Below, piece after piece: positions 15,001 to 26,111 of a stretch of DNA of 64,000 nucleotides (its first letter is position 1; every line of letters begins with the position of its first letter). The stretch comes from Macrostomum lignano. Lineage: Eukaryota. Both the position numbers and the translations under genes were made by a program. The DNA lies in contig NIVC01001509.1 of assembly GCA_002269645.1 (NCBI GenBank), positions 62,001 through 126,000 of the forward strand. Direction: 5' to 3'. Under the pieces are notes generated by a model. It saw nothing but the letters and a program-made list of their open reading frames with translations, had not been told where the DNA came from and did no database searches.

Positions 15001-18000
15001 ACCCCACTTCGCCAACTCCCTCACTCCGCCAACCACCCCACTCCGCCAACCCCCTCACTCCGCCAACCACTCGATCATCTGCACCAATATCAATCGAAGA
15101 GACTGCCCAGCAAACGAAGGTCCAAACACATTCTAACCAATAATGTCCAACTCGGAGAAGTGCACGCCAATCCGTTGAACTGGACAGCCGCTGCCGCCGC
15201 CAGCACCAGCGGACTCGTCAATCCACTGATATGTGCAGTTGATAAGCGGCTCGCCCGGACCGGATGTGGAGGCGGCAGCCGCCGCAGCGGCAACCTTTGG
15301 TCCAGCCGCAGTTGACAATGGCGGATGTTGCGGCTGCCTACGCCAGGGATTGAAGTCCGCCTCCGTTGGCGACTGCGGCGACGCCGGCGATTGCGGATTT
15401 GAAATGTTGATGCTGCCGGATACCGTCTCGATTCTGCGGGTTTTTATAGGAAATAAAGGTAAATTTTTTAATATGCTATTAACAGTAGGCAAGCAGCGAA
15501 TATGCAATCAATTACTTGACGTCGCGATGCGAAGCCACTAAAAGATCGAAATCCGGCCCCAGATTTGATAGAGCGTCGGCCACGATCAAAGAATTAATTG
15601 TTAGTTGAAACAGCTGCGTCTTTGGGCACAGAGTGTACTGGGCTGTGCTCTGGCTTAGCGAGAACTCGGCCACTGGTCGGTCTGAAATGTGCAGCCAGGG
15701 TTTAATATTTCATTTTATGACCAAAGTAAAGCTAAACGGGACGATCTAAAAGGGAGGAGCTAAGCGGGAGAGTCTAAGCGGGAGGAGCTAAGCGGGAGGA
15801 TCTAAGCGGGAGGATATAAGCGGGAGGATCTAAGCGGGAGGATCTACGACCTAAGCGGGAGGAGCTAAGCGGGAGGAGCTAAGCGGGAGGATCTAAGCGG
15901 GAGGAGCTAAGCGGGAGGAGCTAAGCGGGAGGAGCTAAGCGGGAGGATCTAAGCGGGAGGAGCTAAGCGGGAGGATCTAAGCGGGATGATCTAAGCGGGA
16001 TGATCTAAGCGGGAGGATCTAAGCGGGAGGAGCTAAGCGGGAGGATCTAAGCGGGAGGAGCTAAGCGGGAGGAGCTAAGCGGGATGATCTAAGCGGGAGG
16101 AGCTAAGCGGGAGGAGCTAAGCGGGAGAGTCTAAGCGGGAGAGTCTAAGCGGGAGAGTCTAAGCGGGAGAGTCTAAGCGGGAGAGTCTAAGCGGGAGAGT
16201 CTAAGCGGGAGAGTCTAAGCGGGAGAGTCTAAGCGGGAGAGTCTAAGCGGGAGAGTCTAAGCGGGAGAGTCTAAGCGGGAGAGTCTAAGAGGGAGAGTCT
16301 AAGCGGGAGAGTCTAAGTGGGAGAGTCTAAGCGGTAGAGTCTAAGCGGGAGAGTCTAAGAGGGAGAGTCTAAGTGGGAGAGTCTAAGCGGGAGGAGCTAA
16401 GCGGGAGGATCTAAGCGGGAGGATATAAGCGGGAGGATCTGAGCGGGAGGATCTAAGCGGGAGGATCTAAGCGGGAGGATCTACGACCTAAGCGGGAGGA
16501 GCTAAGCGGGAGGAGCTAAGCGGGAGGATCTAAGCGGGAGGAGCTAAGCGGGAGGAGCTAAGCGGGAGGATCTAAGCGGGAGGATCTAAGCGGGAGGAGC
16601 TAAGCGGGAGGAGCTAAGCGGGAGGATCTAAGCGGGAGGATCTAAGCGGGAGGATCTAAGCGGGAGGAGCTAAGCGGGAGGAGCTAAGCGGGAGGATCTC
16701 GGTCTCACACCGAATAAAGATGCCAATAGAAGACGCAACCCACCGTCGCTCTCCAGCTGTACAATGAGCTGGTCAATGCTAAACAATGCGTCTACAAATT
16801 TAGCCAGCTCCTGAGTATCCATAGCGCTGGCGGTGGTGGACGATGATGCCGCGGCTGCCACAGCGGCGGCGGCGGCAGCAGCCGTCTCCGAGTCGGCGGC
16901 GGAGGCCGACGATGTCGGTCGATCGCGCGGCGCCCTCGGCGACGTTCGTGCAGCCGACTGCGCCGGCTTTGTCAGTCCGGTGTCGCCTCCGCCTTCAGCG
17001 CCGCCGCCGCCGCCAACTGCTGACTGCAGATTCATGAGGCAGCGCTGCAGCCGGGTGATCTTACGATCGCTGGCCTGCAGCAGGAAGTGCGCCATACGGC
17101 CGAGCACTCGACAGCGGGGATAAACTGAGTCGCTGCCACGCAGCAGGCGGCGCTGCAGGCGGACTATCACTGAGAATTTCTGCACCAAGCTGAGCTGCTC
17201 GCGCTGTCGCTGGGTGAGAGTTGCTGGTCTGGGAGAATTTGCAGTGGGGTTGGGAGATTTGAGTACGCTTCGGTAGGGGTAGCTCGTATTTGTGATGGAC
17301 AGATCTGCTTCATAATGTTAGAGTAGCGTCAGTGTTTTAGTAATCTCATTTATCACAGTTTCATGTGTCACAGTGTCATGTGTCACAGTGTCATGTGTCA
17401 CAGTGTCATGTATCACAGTGTCATGTGTCACAGTGTCATGTATCACAGTGTCATGTATCACAGTGTCATGTATCACAGTGCCATGTGTCACAGTGTCATG
17501 TATCACAGTGTCATGTATCACAGTGTCATGTATCACAGTGCCATGTGTCACACTGTCATGTATCACAGTGTCATGTATCACAGTGTCATGTATCACAGTG
17601 TCATGTATCACAGTTTCATGTGTCACAGTGTCATGTATCACAGTGTCATGTATCACAGTGTCATTTATCACAGTGTCATGTATCACAGTGTCATGTATCA
17701 CAGTGTCATGTATCACAGTGTCATGTGTCACAGTGTCATTTATCACAGTGTCATGTATCACAGTGCCATGTATCACAGTGTCATGTATCACAGTGTCATG
17801 TATCACAGTGTCATGTATCACAGTGTCATTTATCACAGTGTCATGTGTCACAGTGTCATGTATCACAGTGTCATGTATCACAGTGTCATTTATCACAGTG
17901 CCATGTGCCATAGTGTCATGTATCACAGTGTCATGTATCACAGCGTCATGTATCACAGTGTCATGTATCACAGTGTCATGTATCACAGTGTCATGTGTCA

Positions 18001-21000
18001 CAGTGTCATGTATCACAGTGTCATGTATCACAGTGTCATGTATCACAGTGTCATGTGTCACAGTGTCATGTATCACAGTGTCATGTGTCACAGTGTCATG
18101 TATCACAGTGCCATGTGTCACAGTGTCATGTATCACAGTGTCATGTGTCACAGTGTCATGTGTCACAGTGTCATGTATCACAGTGTCATGTGTCACAACA
18201 CCCTTGCTCGCAAGAACCACAGTGCAAATCAGCAGCCCCAAGCGGAGCCCTAAGCCAATCCTCATTACCTGGCTTTTCCCGCAGCTTCAACAGCGGACTG
18301 GAACGGCACCAACTTGTTGACATCGGCAAAAGGACCAACTAAGATTTGCAGATCTCGCATCGCCAGCGAATAGGTCTCGTAGATTTTTGCTTCAATCGCG
18401 TCCGCGGCAGCGGCTGCGAGAGTTTCGTCGGTGGCAGCGGCGGCTTCAACGCATTCAGGCGGCGTAGAGCTCGGCGTTGCGAAGTCCTCATCGTCCGCGT
18501 CTTCCTCGTCGGCTGCAACGGCGCCGGTTGCGGTGGTGCTGACGGCGGCGGCTGTAGTGGGAGCCGTCGTAGAGGCTCGCAACTCTGGCGAAGTGTTGAC
18601 TAAATGCAAATGACCAAAGTCGAACAGCACAACTGGACTAGCTGGGTCCGTGAACTTCTCAGGCAGCAAAAATTGCGGCGCGCTGATGTTCAACTCCACC
18701 TCCCAGCGCTTGCCGTCAACCTGGGTTTGCATTGGATGAGCAGCTCAGGGCTGTGAGATTCTTGCTAATGAATAATTTAGTCACTAATTTGACGATTCTT
18801 TTAGTGACTAATTGGTGATTCTCACGTGACTAATTGGCGATTCTCAGGTGACTAATTGGTGATTCTCAGGTGACTAATTGGCGATTCTTGTAGTGACTAA
18901 TTGGCGATTCTTGTAATAACTAATTGGCGATTCTTGTAATAACTAATTGGTGATTACCAGGTGACTAATTGGCGATTCCCAGGTGACTAATTGGCGATTC
19001 CCAGGTGACTAATTGGCACTTCAGGTGATCAATTGGCGATTCTCAGGTGACTAATTGGCGATTCTCAGGTGACTAATTGGTGATTCTCAGGTGACTAATT
19101 GGCGATTCTTGTAGTGACTAATTGGCGATTCTTGTAATAACTAATTGGCGATTCTTGTAATAACTAATTGGCGATTCTTGTAATAACTAATTGGCGATTA
19201 CCAGGTGACTAATTGGTGATTACCAGGTGACTAATTGGCGATTCCCAGGTGACTAATTGGCACTTCAGGTGATCAATTGGCGATTCTCAGGTGACTAATT
19301 GGCGATTCTCAGGTGACTAATCGGCAATTCTCATGTGACTAATCGGCGATTCTTGTAGTGATAAATTAATAGCGATTCTCCATACCATAATAAAATAAAG
19401 GTCATTCCCAACTCTCACCTGTCGATCTCCCCGCTGAATCTGATCGATCATCTCTTTGATGTTGGCGCGAGCATTTTCTCTGGCCCGATAGTACTTACGT
19501 CTGGCTGCGTCTGCAACATTTACAGCGGGGCCGCTTTGAGTTGGAGCGTGAGGGAATAATTTCAGCACTTGGTTTGTGGGTGCCGCTTCCCCACTGTGGG
19601 CAGTTGACAGAGGACACCCCCTCGGTTGACGCCGCTACCCGTCCGGCCCTCAGTGGACACTGCTATCCTCTCAGTGAACACCGCTTCCCCCCTCAGTGGG
19701 GACACTGCTATCCTCTCAGTGGACACCGCTTCCCCCTCAGTGGACACTGCTATCCTCTCAGTGGACACCGCTTCCCCCTCAGTGGGGACACTGCTATCCT
19801 CTCAGTGGACACCGCTTCCCCCTCAGTGGACACCGCTACCACCTCAGTGGACACCGCTACCACCTCAGTGGACACTGCTATCCTCTCAGTGAACACCGCT
19901 TCCCCCTCAGTGGACACTACTATCCTCTCAGTGAACACCGCTTCCCCCTCAGTGGACACTGCTATCCTCTCAGTGAACACCGCTTCCCCCTCAGTGGACA
20001 CTGCTATCCTCTCAGTGAACACCGCTTCCCCCTCAGTGGACACTGCTATCCTCTCAGTGAACACCGCTTCCCCCTCAGTGGACACTGCTATCCTCTCAGT
20101 GAACACCGCTACCCCCTCAGTGGACACTGCTATCCTCTCAGTGAACACCGCTTCCCCCTCAGTGGACACTGCTATCCTCTCAGTGAACACCGCTTCCCCC
20201 TCAGTGGACACTGCTATCCTCTCAGTGAACACCGCTTCCCCCTCAGTGGACACTGCTATCCTCTCAGTGAACACCGCTTCCCCCTCAGTGGACACTACTA
20301 TCCTCTCAGTGAACACCGCTTCCCCCTCAGTGGACACTGCTATCCTCTCAGTGAACACCGCTTCCCCCTCAGTGGACACTGCTATCCTCTCAGTGAACAC
20401 CGCTTCCCCCTCAGTGGACACTACTATCCTCTCAGTGAACACCGCTTCCCCCTCAGTGGACACTGCTATCCTCTCAGTGAACACCGCTTCCCCCTCAGTG
20501 GACACTGCTATCCTCTCAGTGAACACCGCTTCCCCCTCAGTGGACACTACTATCCTCTCAGTGAACACCGCTTCCCCCTCAGTGGACACCGCTACCCTCA
20601 GTGGACACCGCTACCACCTCAGTGGACACCGCTACCCCCTCAGTGGACACCGCTACCCCCTCAGTGGACACCGCTTCCCCCTCAGTGGACACCGCTACCC
20701 CCTCAGTGGACACCGCTACACCCTCAATGAACACCGCTACCCCCTCAGTGGACACCGCTACCCTCTCAGTGGACACCGCTACCCCCTCAGTGGACACCGC
20801 TACCACCTCAGTGGACACCGCTACCACTTCAGTGGACACCGCTACCCCCTCAGTGGACACCGCTACCACTTCAGTGGACACCGCTACCCTCTCAGTGGAC
20901 ACCGCTACCCCCTCAGTGGACACCGCTACCACCTCAGTGGACACTGCTACCCCCTCAGTGGACACCGCTACACCCTCAATGAACACCGCTACCCTAAACA

Positions 21001-24000
21001 ACAAAGCATATAAAGTACACAGAAAATACAAGTCCGAACCAAAGACAACTTACCTCTCAGGTGATAATTAGACCGACTAGTTTTGAACACGGCAACTACA
21101 TCGGCAGTTAATTGTGGATTATAAACCACCTGTAGAGCGTGAGTTCTAATGTGCAATCGATAATCCGCAGTGCAATCCAATGGGTTCAGCTCGTACAACA
21201 GCTCAAATAGAAGGCGCTCCTGCTTGTTGTCGGCGGCGGCGGCGGCTGCAGCGGCGGCGGCAGCGGCTGCCTGCGGCGCCACCAAGACGGGGAAAACACT
21301 GCCAGCTCCGAGGCGACGATCCCGAAGCAGCAGGGAGGCCACGGCGGCCGAGATTGCCAGCGAGCGATGCTTCGGACGCGACTCGACGCTCAACGACAAT
21401 CGGCGACACTCGGTGGCTACTAACGGCGAAGCCGCTCGCATCAGCGTTAAAGTGCACGCCTCCAACTGGAAGCTGAGCCGGATAAACACGGGATCGCGCT
21501 TCATCAGGGTGTCGCTGTCCTGGTCTAAGCTGAATGCTTCAACTAGTTCAGCTTGCTCTTTGTCGGTTAGGCCCAGCGGTTGCTGCTGCTGCTGCTGCTT
21601 TTGTTGAGAAGTCACCGACGTCGGCTGCTGCACCAGGACCGGCGCATTGTCGTTGTCGTCATCGTCCATCATCGGATCGGCCTCTGGGGCGGCGGCGGTG
21701 ACGGCGGCAACTGGGTCAGTTGAGTAGCCGCTCGCCCAGGTGAGCCAGCTGCCCCAGTAGCCCCAGGACGAACGGCTGGCAGGTGAGGCGGCTCCGTGGC
21801 TCTGGGCCTGGCCGCCCTGGCCAGCAGCGGGATCGTCTGGGACTGCCGCCGCCTGCTGCTGCTTGATCAGGCTGGCTAGAGGGTCCAGGCCGGTGCGCTC
21901 GATCCGATCACGCCTGGCCCTGACGGCCCGGTCCATGGCCAGCTCGCGGACAACCAGCAGTTCGCCGGTGCTCCAGACAGCCTCAGCGTTTGTTAGAAAT
22001 TTTGCCGCCTAAAATGTATAAGAAATCACATGTTTGAATATTGCTACTTAATAAGTAGACAAGTAGAAAATAGTCAGTGTCAGTTAGTATCAGTGTCAGT
22101 GTCAGTGTTAAGTGCCAGTGCCAGTGTCAGGGAGAAACCAACCTCCGGACTGAGCTTGTCCTGCAGCAGCTTGCTCTGGTAGCACCGGACGTACTGAACC
22201 AATTCCCGGCACCTGTCGCGCAGATAAGGCCAGCTCCAGTTCTCGCGGCGCTGTCGAATATCGCGCAGATGGGCCTGGATAGCGAAGCGCCACCAGGTGG
22301 CTGCGTGGCCGGCCACGCGCACCCTGGGCCGGTACTTGCGGTGCCGGCGGGACCTGGAGATGGGGACGGAGTCTGTAGGTGTGGGATCTAGCGATGGGGA
22401 CGGGATCTGTAGGTGTGGGATCTAGCGATGGGGACGGAGTCTGTAGGTGTGGGATCTGATCTAGCGATGGGAACGGAGTCTGTAGGTGTGGGATCTGATC
22501 TAGCGATGGGAACGGAGTCTGTAGGTGTGGGATCTAGCGATGAGGGCGGAGTCTGTAGGTGTGGGATCTAGCGATGGGAACGGAGTCTGTAGGTGTGGGA
22601 TCTAGCGATGAGGGCGGAGTCTGTAGGTGTAGGATCTAGCGATGGGGACGGAGTCTGTAGGTGTGGGATCTAGCGATGGGAACGGAGTCTGTAGGTGTGG
22701 GATCTAGCGATGGGAACGGAGTCTGTAGGTGTGGGATCTAGCGATGCGGACGGAGTCTAGGTGTGGGATCTGATCTAGCGATGGGAACGGAGTCTGTAGG
22801 TGTGGGATCTGATCTAGCGATGGGAACGGAGTCTGTAGGTGTGGGATCTAGCGATGGGAACGGAGTCTGTAGGTGTGGGATCTAGCGATGGGAACGGAGT
22901 CTGTAGGTGTGGGATCTAGCGATGGGAACGGAGTCTGTAGGTGTGGGATCTAGCGATGGGAACGGAGTCCGTAGGTGTGGGATCTAGCGATGAGGGCCAC
23001 AATACCTGTGGAAGCGGTCCAGCTCGTTAAGCAGGGCCACCATGCAGGCATACTGCGAGTCGGCCAGCGTGAATGCCAGCTCCTCCTGCTGAACATCCAG
23101 TTGAATTCTGGGCGTCTGGCGCGACCTCAACGGCAGCGGAGTGGTGTACCGCTTCAGTCTTGCGGTCAGGGAGGTCGGCCGAAGTAGATAGTCGTGCTTG
23201 GCCGCCGATCCGCCGGCCGCTAAACCGGCAGCGGCGGCGTCGAAACCGGCGCCGGGCGACAATTCCGACATGAGCAGCGGCGCGTCTAAATCCAAGTAGA
23301 GGCAGAGCTCGGACAGGTTCAGCAGTTTGTAGGCGATTTCGCTAGAAGATTTTTGATTGCCCGAGTCAGGAGTTGCAGCCGATGATGAGGCGGCGCGCGG
23401 TACCCAATTGGAGTCTGTGCTTTGCGCTCGGAGCTCCTGCAAGTGTGATTGCGTCATCACTCAGATTCTTCCGTAGTTGTAGCTGCATAGGATCTGCTTG
23501 GGCAGCCACTGCCGCTCATGAGGACCAACCGCCAACTGTCTCCAATTGATGCACAGTTCAGCATCAATCCCCATCAATTCTCAGCCTCAATCTCCATCAA
23601 TTCTCAGCATCAATCCCCATCAATTCTCAGCCTCAATCTCCATCAATTCTCAGCCTCAATCCCCATCAATTCTCAGCCTCAATCTCCATCAATTCTCAGC
23701 CTCAATCCTCATCAATTCTCAGCCTCAATCTCCATCAATTCTCAGCTTCAATCCCCATCAATTCTCAGCCTCAATCTCCATCAATTCTCAGCATCAATCC
23801 CCATCAATTCTCAGCCTCAATCTCCATCAATTCTCAGCATCAATCCCCATCGATTCTCAGCCTCAATCTCCATCAATTCTCAGCCTCAATCTCCATCAAT
23901 TCTCAGCCTCAATCCCCATCAATTCTCAGCCTCAATCTCCATCGATTCTCAGCCTCAATCTCCATTAATTCTCAGCATCAATCTCCATCAATTCTCAGCA

Positions 24001-25672
24001 TCAATCCCCATCAATTCTCAGCATCAATCTCCATCGATTCTCAGCCTCAATCCCCATCAATTCTCAGCCTCAATCCCCATCAATTCTCAGCCTCAATCTC
24101 CATCGATTCTCAGCCTCAATCTCCATTAATTCTCAGCATCAATCCCCATCAATTCTCAGCATCAATCTCCATCAATTCAACACAACACAATCTCAGTCAA
24201 GCGGACACAACACAATCCCAGCCAAGCGGACACAACACAATCCCTGCCAAGCGGACACAACACAATCCCAGTCAAGCGGACACAACACAATCCCTGCCAA
24301 GCGGACACAACACAATCCCTGCCAAGCGGAAACAACACAATCCCAGTCAAGCGGACACAACACAATCCCTGCCAAGCGGACACAACACAATCCCTGCCAA
24401 GCGGACACAACACAATCCCTGCCAAGCGGACACAACACAATCCCTGCCAAGCGGACACAACACAATCCCAGTCAACCCTCCTGAGTCAAATCTCAGGACA
24501 ACCGCAGCCGAAATCCGCCAGTTCACCTTCAAGCTGATTCCGCAGGCGAAAGTTCGCCCATCCGGCAGCGTCTGCGCATCCTCGTATCGGATGTGAACGT
24601 CGCGCACGATCAGTTGAATATTTTCAACAACGCTCATGGCCAGGCTGGCTCCATAGGACAGCAGGCTGGAGCCGTAGCCGCCGCCACCTTCGCCAGAATC
24701 TCCTTCGCTAGCTGCGGCTAGACCCTGGCTCTTGATCCAGCGGGCCTCCAGGGCCTGCAGCTGCTTCCGTTTCCGTTCCAATTCGCCAAGCGTCTCCTTG
24801 CGCTCGTCGTACTGAACACAGTGTTGTTGATTAAAGATTATTTTTATAGAGTATTTACGCTGCTCAGCTCATCTCCTCTCATTTCATCTCATCCCCTCTC
24901 ATTTCATCTTATCCAGCGGCTGCTTTTCGCGCTCAAGTCTCAAGGGTTCAATTTCACATTAATAAATTGGGGGGGGGGGGGGGAAATGAGTAAGTCAGGG
25001 CTGCTGGACACACCCTGTATTAATTTGCGGCAGACGAAAGTAAACCCAAAATTCTCCGAAGTTAGCATGCCTGCAACTCTTCATTTGGGCGCCCCAAGTA
25101 GCTCTACTGAGATGGGGTATTGTAAGTTGGATTTATGCATAAAAATGACATCAAACCAAACACTGACTTACCTTCTTGTGAATAAGAGGCTTTGCGACAA
25201 TGTACAATTTCTCTATAGTGAATAGCCATGGCTGACTTCTTAGCTGAGTGTAAGGAATCTTCAGCGATATCTTGCCAATGTGGCCTAGTTTAAAAACAAA
25301 TATAGTTTTAATAAGTTTCACGCATGTACTCACATGTTAAAACTATATTTAATAATCACTGTCTTTTACAAAGAAGTGTACATACCTGATACAATTTCAA
25401 CAGGAAGGTCAAAGATGTCCAGTAGAGCATCACTCTTTAGTGGCAAGTTTTCCAGAGTTACATCGCCTAAAATTCATACCAAGTATAGCAATTAAAACTA
25501 TTTCAAGAACACATTCATTTACTACAGGGGTTGGCAAACTTTTATTTCAAGGGTCAGATAAATAATCTAGCCAATGGCTGCAGGCCAGATTAGGGTGAAA
25601 ATGAGAGGGAATAGAAGATGAGAGGTAGATAGAAGAGAAGAAGATAAAGGGGAGAAGGAAGAAAAGAGGTGC

Positions 25673-25748
<76 letters not shown>

Positions 25749-26111
25749 GAGAAAGAGAGAGAGTGAGAGAGAAGAAAGAAGAGAAGAAAGGGGGAAGGGA
25801 GAAGGGAGAGAGGAGCGGAAAGAGGAAAGGGGAGAGAATAAAGATGAGAGAAAGAACTGAATTCAGACATAAACCTTCAAAAGGCTATATTGCTATGAAG
25901 TTTCAAAGACCTAAGGGCCATATAGAAAGGCTTTGTAGGCTGCATGTGGCCTATAGCTAAGAGTTTACCAACCCTTAATTTTATTGCAATAATAGACTTT
26001 AAAACAACAATTACCTTGAAAAACACCAAATGACACTTTTTCACTATTGAAGTTTTCCACATATTTTCCCACATATTTTTGAAGGATATAACTTATTACT
26101 CCTTCAAGCAT
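1..26111 (-). CDS. VPS13D: Vacuolar protein sorting 13D-like lipid transfer protein; multi-exon, 5' part only (continues past position 1)
   Basis: Spliced N-terminal chorein domain: MLEGVISYILQKYVGKYVENFNSEKVSFGVFQ (26111-26015), GDVTLENLPLKSDALLDIFDLPVEIVS (25466-25386), GHIGKISLKIPYTQLRSQPWLFTIEKLYIV (25284-25172), with GT-AG junctions in matching phase. Also VVENIQLIVRDVHIRYED, WWRFA and YFNRDLSGWEPFIEPW motifs. An internal UBA domain points to the D paralogue. Confidence 0.93.
128..1400. repeat. Intronic minisatellite, ~44-46 bp unit (gactcattttattggctaattgtcgctaaattgttgctaaggttat)
   Basis: Period 46 between 725 and 771; AT-rich; about 20 TGACTCA cores. Confidence 0.95.
1538..2703 (-). 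CDS. VPS13D: VPS13D large exon, start of the VAB (SHR-BD) repeat region
   Basis: SPFVPFRLVNRTG, LAVQLEGWEPCEPICIDRVGTFFR, KIITLRSALTFTNRL, IEPPVCLVNLLP; polypyrimidine acceptor ccccccttcgtctgcag|; donor |gtgaaa. Confidence 0.85.
2976..3093 (-). CDS. VPS13D: VPS13D exon with the conserved WEPFIEPW motif (not in ORF track)
   Basis: LEFRWSLEGPREGRCSATLMVNYFNRDLSGWEPFIEPW; ctgcag| acceptor, |gtaaac donor. Confidence 0.85.
3300..3757. repeat. Intronic minisatellite, ~19 bp unit (gacaggtgagactctgatt)
   Basis: Direct tandem periodicity. Confidence 0.9.
3779..4135 (-). CDS. VPS13D: VPS13D exon encoding the UBA domain
   Basis: QLGFDPADCRYALGEAGGDLQLAALLL is a UBA-type GF...AL...GDL..A..LL pattern; bounded by ctccag| and |gtaaag. 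Confidence 0.85.
4170..4370. repeat. Intronic minisatellite, 16 bp unit (cacaagctcgaatctt)
   Basis: Direct tandem periodicity. Confidence 0.9.
4960..5510. repeat. Intronic degenerate minisatellite built on a ggtgaatc core
   Basis: Recurrent ggtgaatc/gttagtgaatcgttggattaggtgaa units. Confidence 0.85.
5946..7351. repeat. Intronic minisatellite, 16 bp unit (gaagcttggggattgt)
   Basis: Occupies almost all of intron 7359-5894; one HindIII site per unit. Confidence 0.97.
8240..8540. repeat. Intronic minisatellite, 28 bp unit (gctgggccagcctcccagatcctcagtt)
   Basis: Direct tandem periodicity. Confidence 0.93.
9275..10330. repeat. Intronic minisatellite, 22 bp unit (ttcttcagggtttgtggggaga)
   Basis: Direct tandem periodicity. 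Confidence 0.96.
12065..13015. repeat. Intronic minisatellite, 19 bp unit (agacacaaagactgaccat) with block duplications
   Basis: Direct tandem periodicity; ORFs 12107-12337 and 12377-12628 start with an identical translation. Confidence 0.96.
13655..13925. repeat. Intronic minisatellite, 23-24 bp unit (cagtcaggggagatttatcgggg)
   Basis: Direct tandem periodicity. Confidence 0.93.
14320..14485. repeat. Intronic minisatellite, 17 bp unit (ctagacagcagacaccc)
   Basis: Direct tandem periodicity. Confidence 0.85.
14925..15070. repeat. Intronic degenerate C-rich repeat (ccaaccaccccactccg)
   Basis: Short, degenerate tandem units. Confidence 0.75.
15755..16698. repeat. Intronic minisatellite, 14 bp unit (ctaagcgggagga[g/t]; central variant ctaagcgggagagt)
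   Basis: Direct tandem periodicity; begins ~10 nt inside the donor at 16708. Confidence 0.96.
17345..18197. repeat. Intronic minisatellite, 15 bp unit (cacagtgtcatgtat)
   Basis: Direct tandem periodicity. Confidence 0.97.
18775..19375. repeat. Intronic minisatellite, 22 bp unit (gtgactaattggcgattctcag)
   Basis: Direct tandem periodicity. Confidence 0.93.
19640..20995. repeat. Intronic minisatellite, 21 bp monomer with a 42 bp dimeric higher-order repeat
   Basis: ctcagtggacactgctatcct alternates with ctcagtgaacaccgcttcccc on the left; monomeric ctcagtggacaccgctaccc[c/a] on the right. Confidence 0.96.
22360..22992. repeat. Intronic minisatellite, 34 bp unit (gggaacggagtctgtaggtgtgggatctagcgat)
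   Basis: Fills intron 23005-22354 almost end to end. Confidence 0.96.
23545..24475. repeat. Two abutting intronic minisatellites: 23 bp (catcaattctcagcctcaatctc, ~23545-24178) and 25 bp (cacaacacaatccctgccaagcgga, ~24178-24475)
   Basis: Direct tandem periodicity with an abrupt switch of unit. Confidence 0.94.
25676..25860. repeat. (GA)n microsatellite and purine-rich tract in VPS13D intron 1
   Basis: Direct observation. Confidence 0.9.
26015..26111 (-). CDS. VPS13D: VPS13D first coding exon (not in ORF track)
   Basis: ATG CTT GAA GGA...TTT CAA G|gtaatt; 32 codons plus 1 nt; phase fits the next exon ttttag|GC GAT GTA at 25466. Confidence 0.93.

Noticed and set aside
5946-24475. Repeat-derived ORFs or ORF extensions (e.g. 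6354-7360, 9191-10255, 17318-18320, 19541-21071, 23518-24129)
   Set aside because: They are periodic peptides from intronic arrays; the real exons end at GT donors before the arrays.
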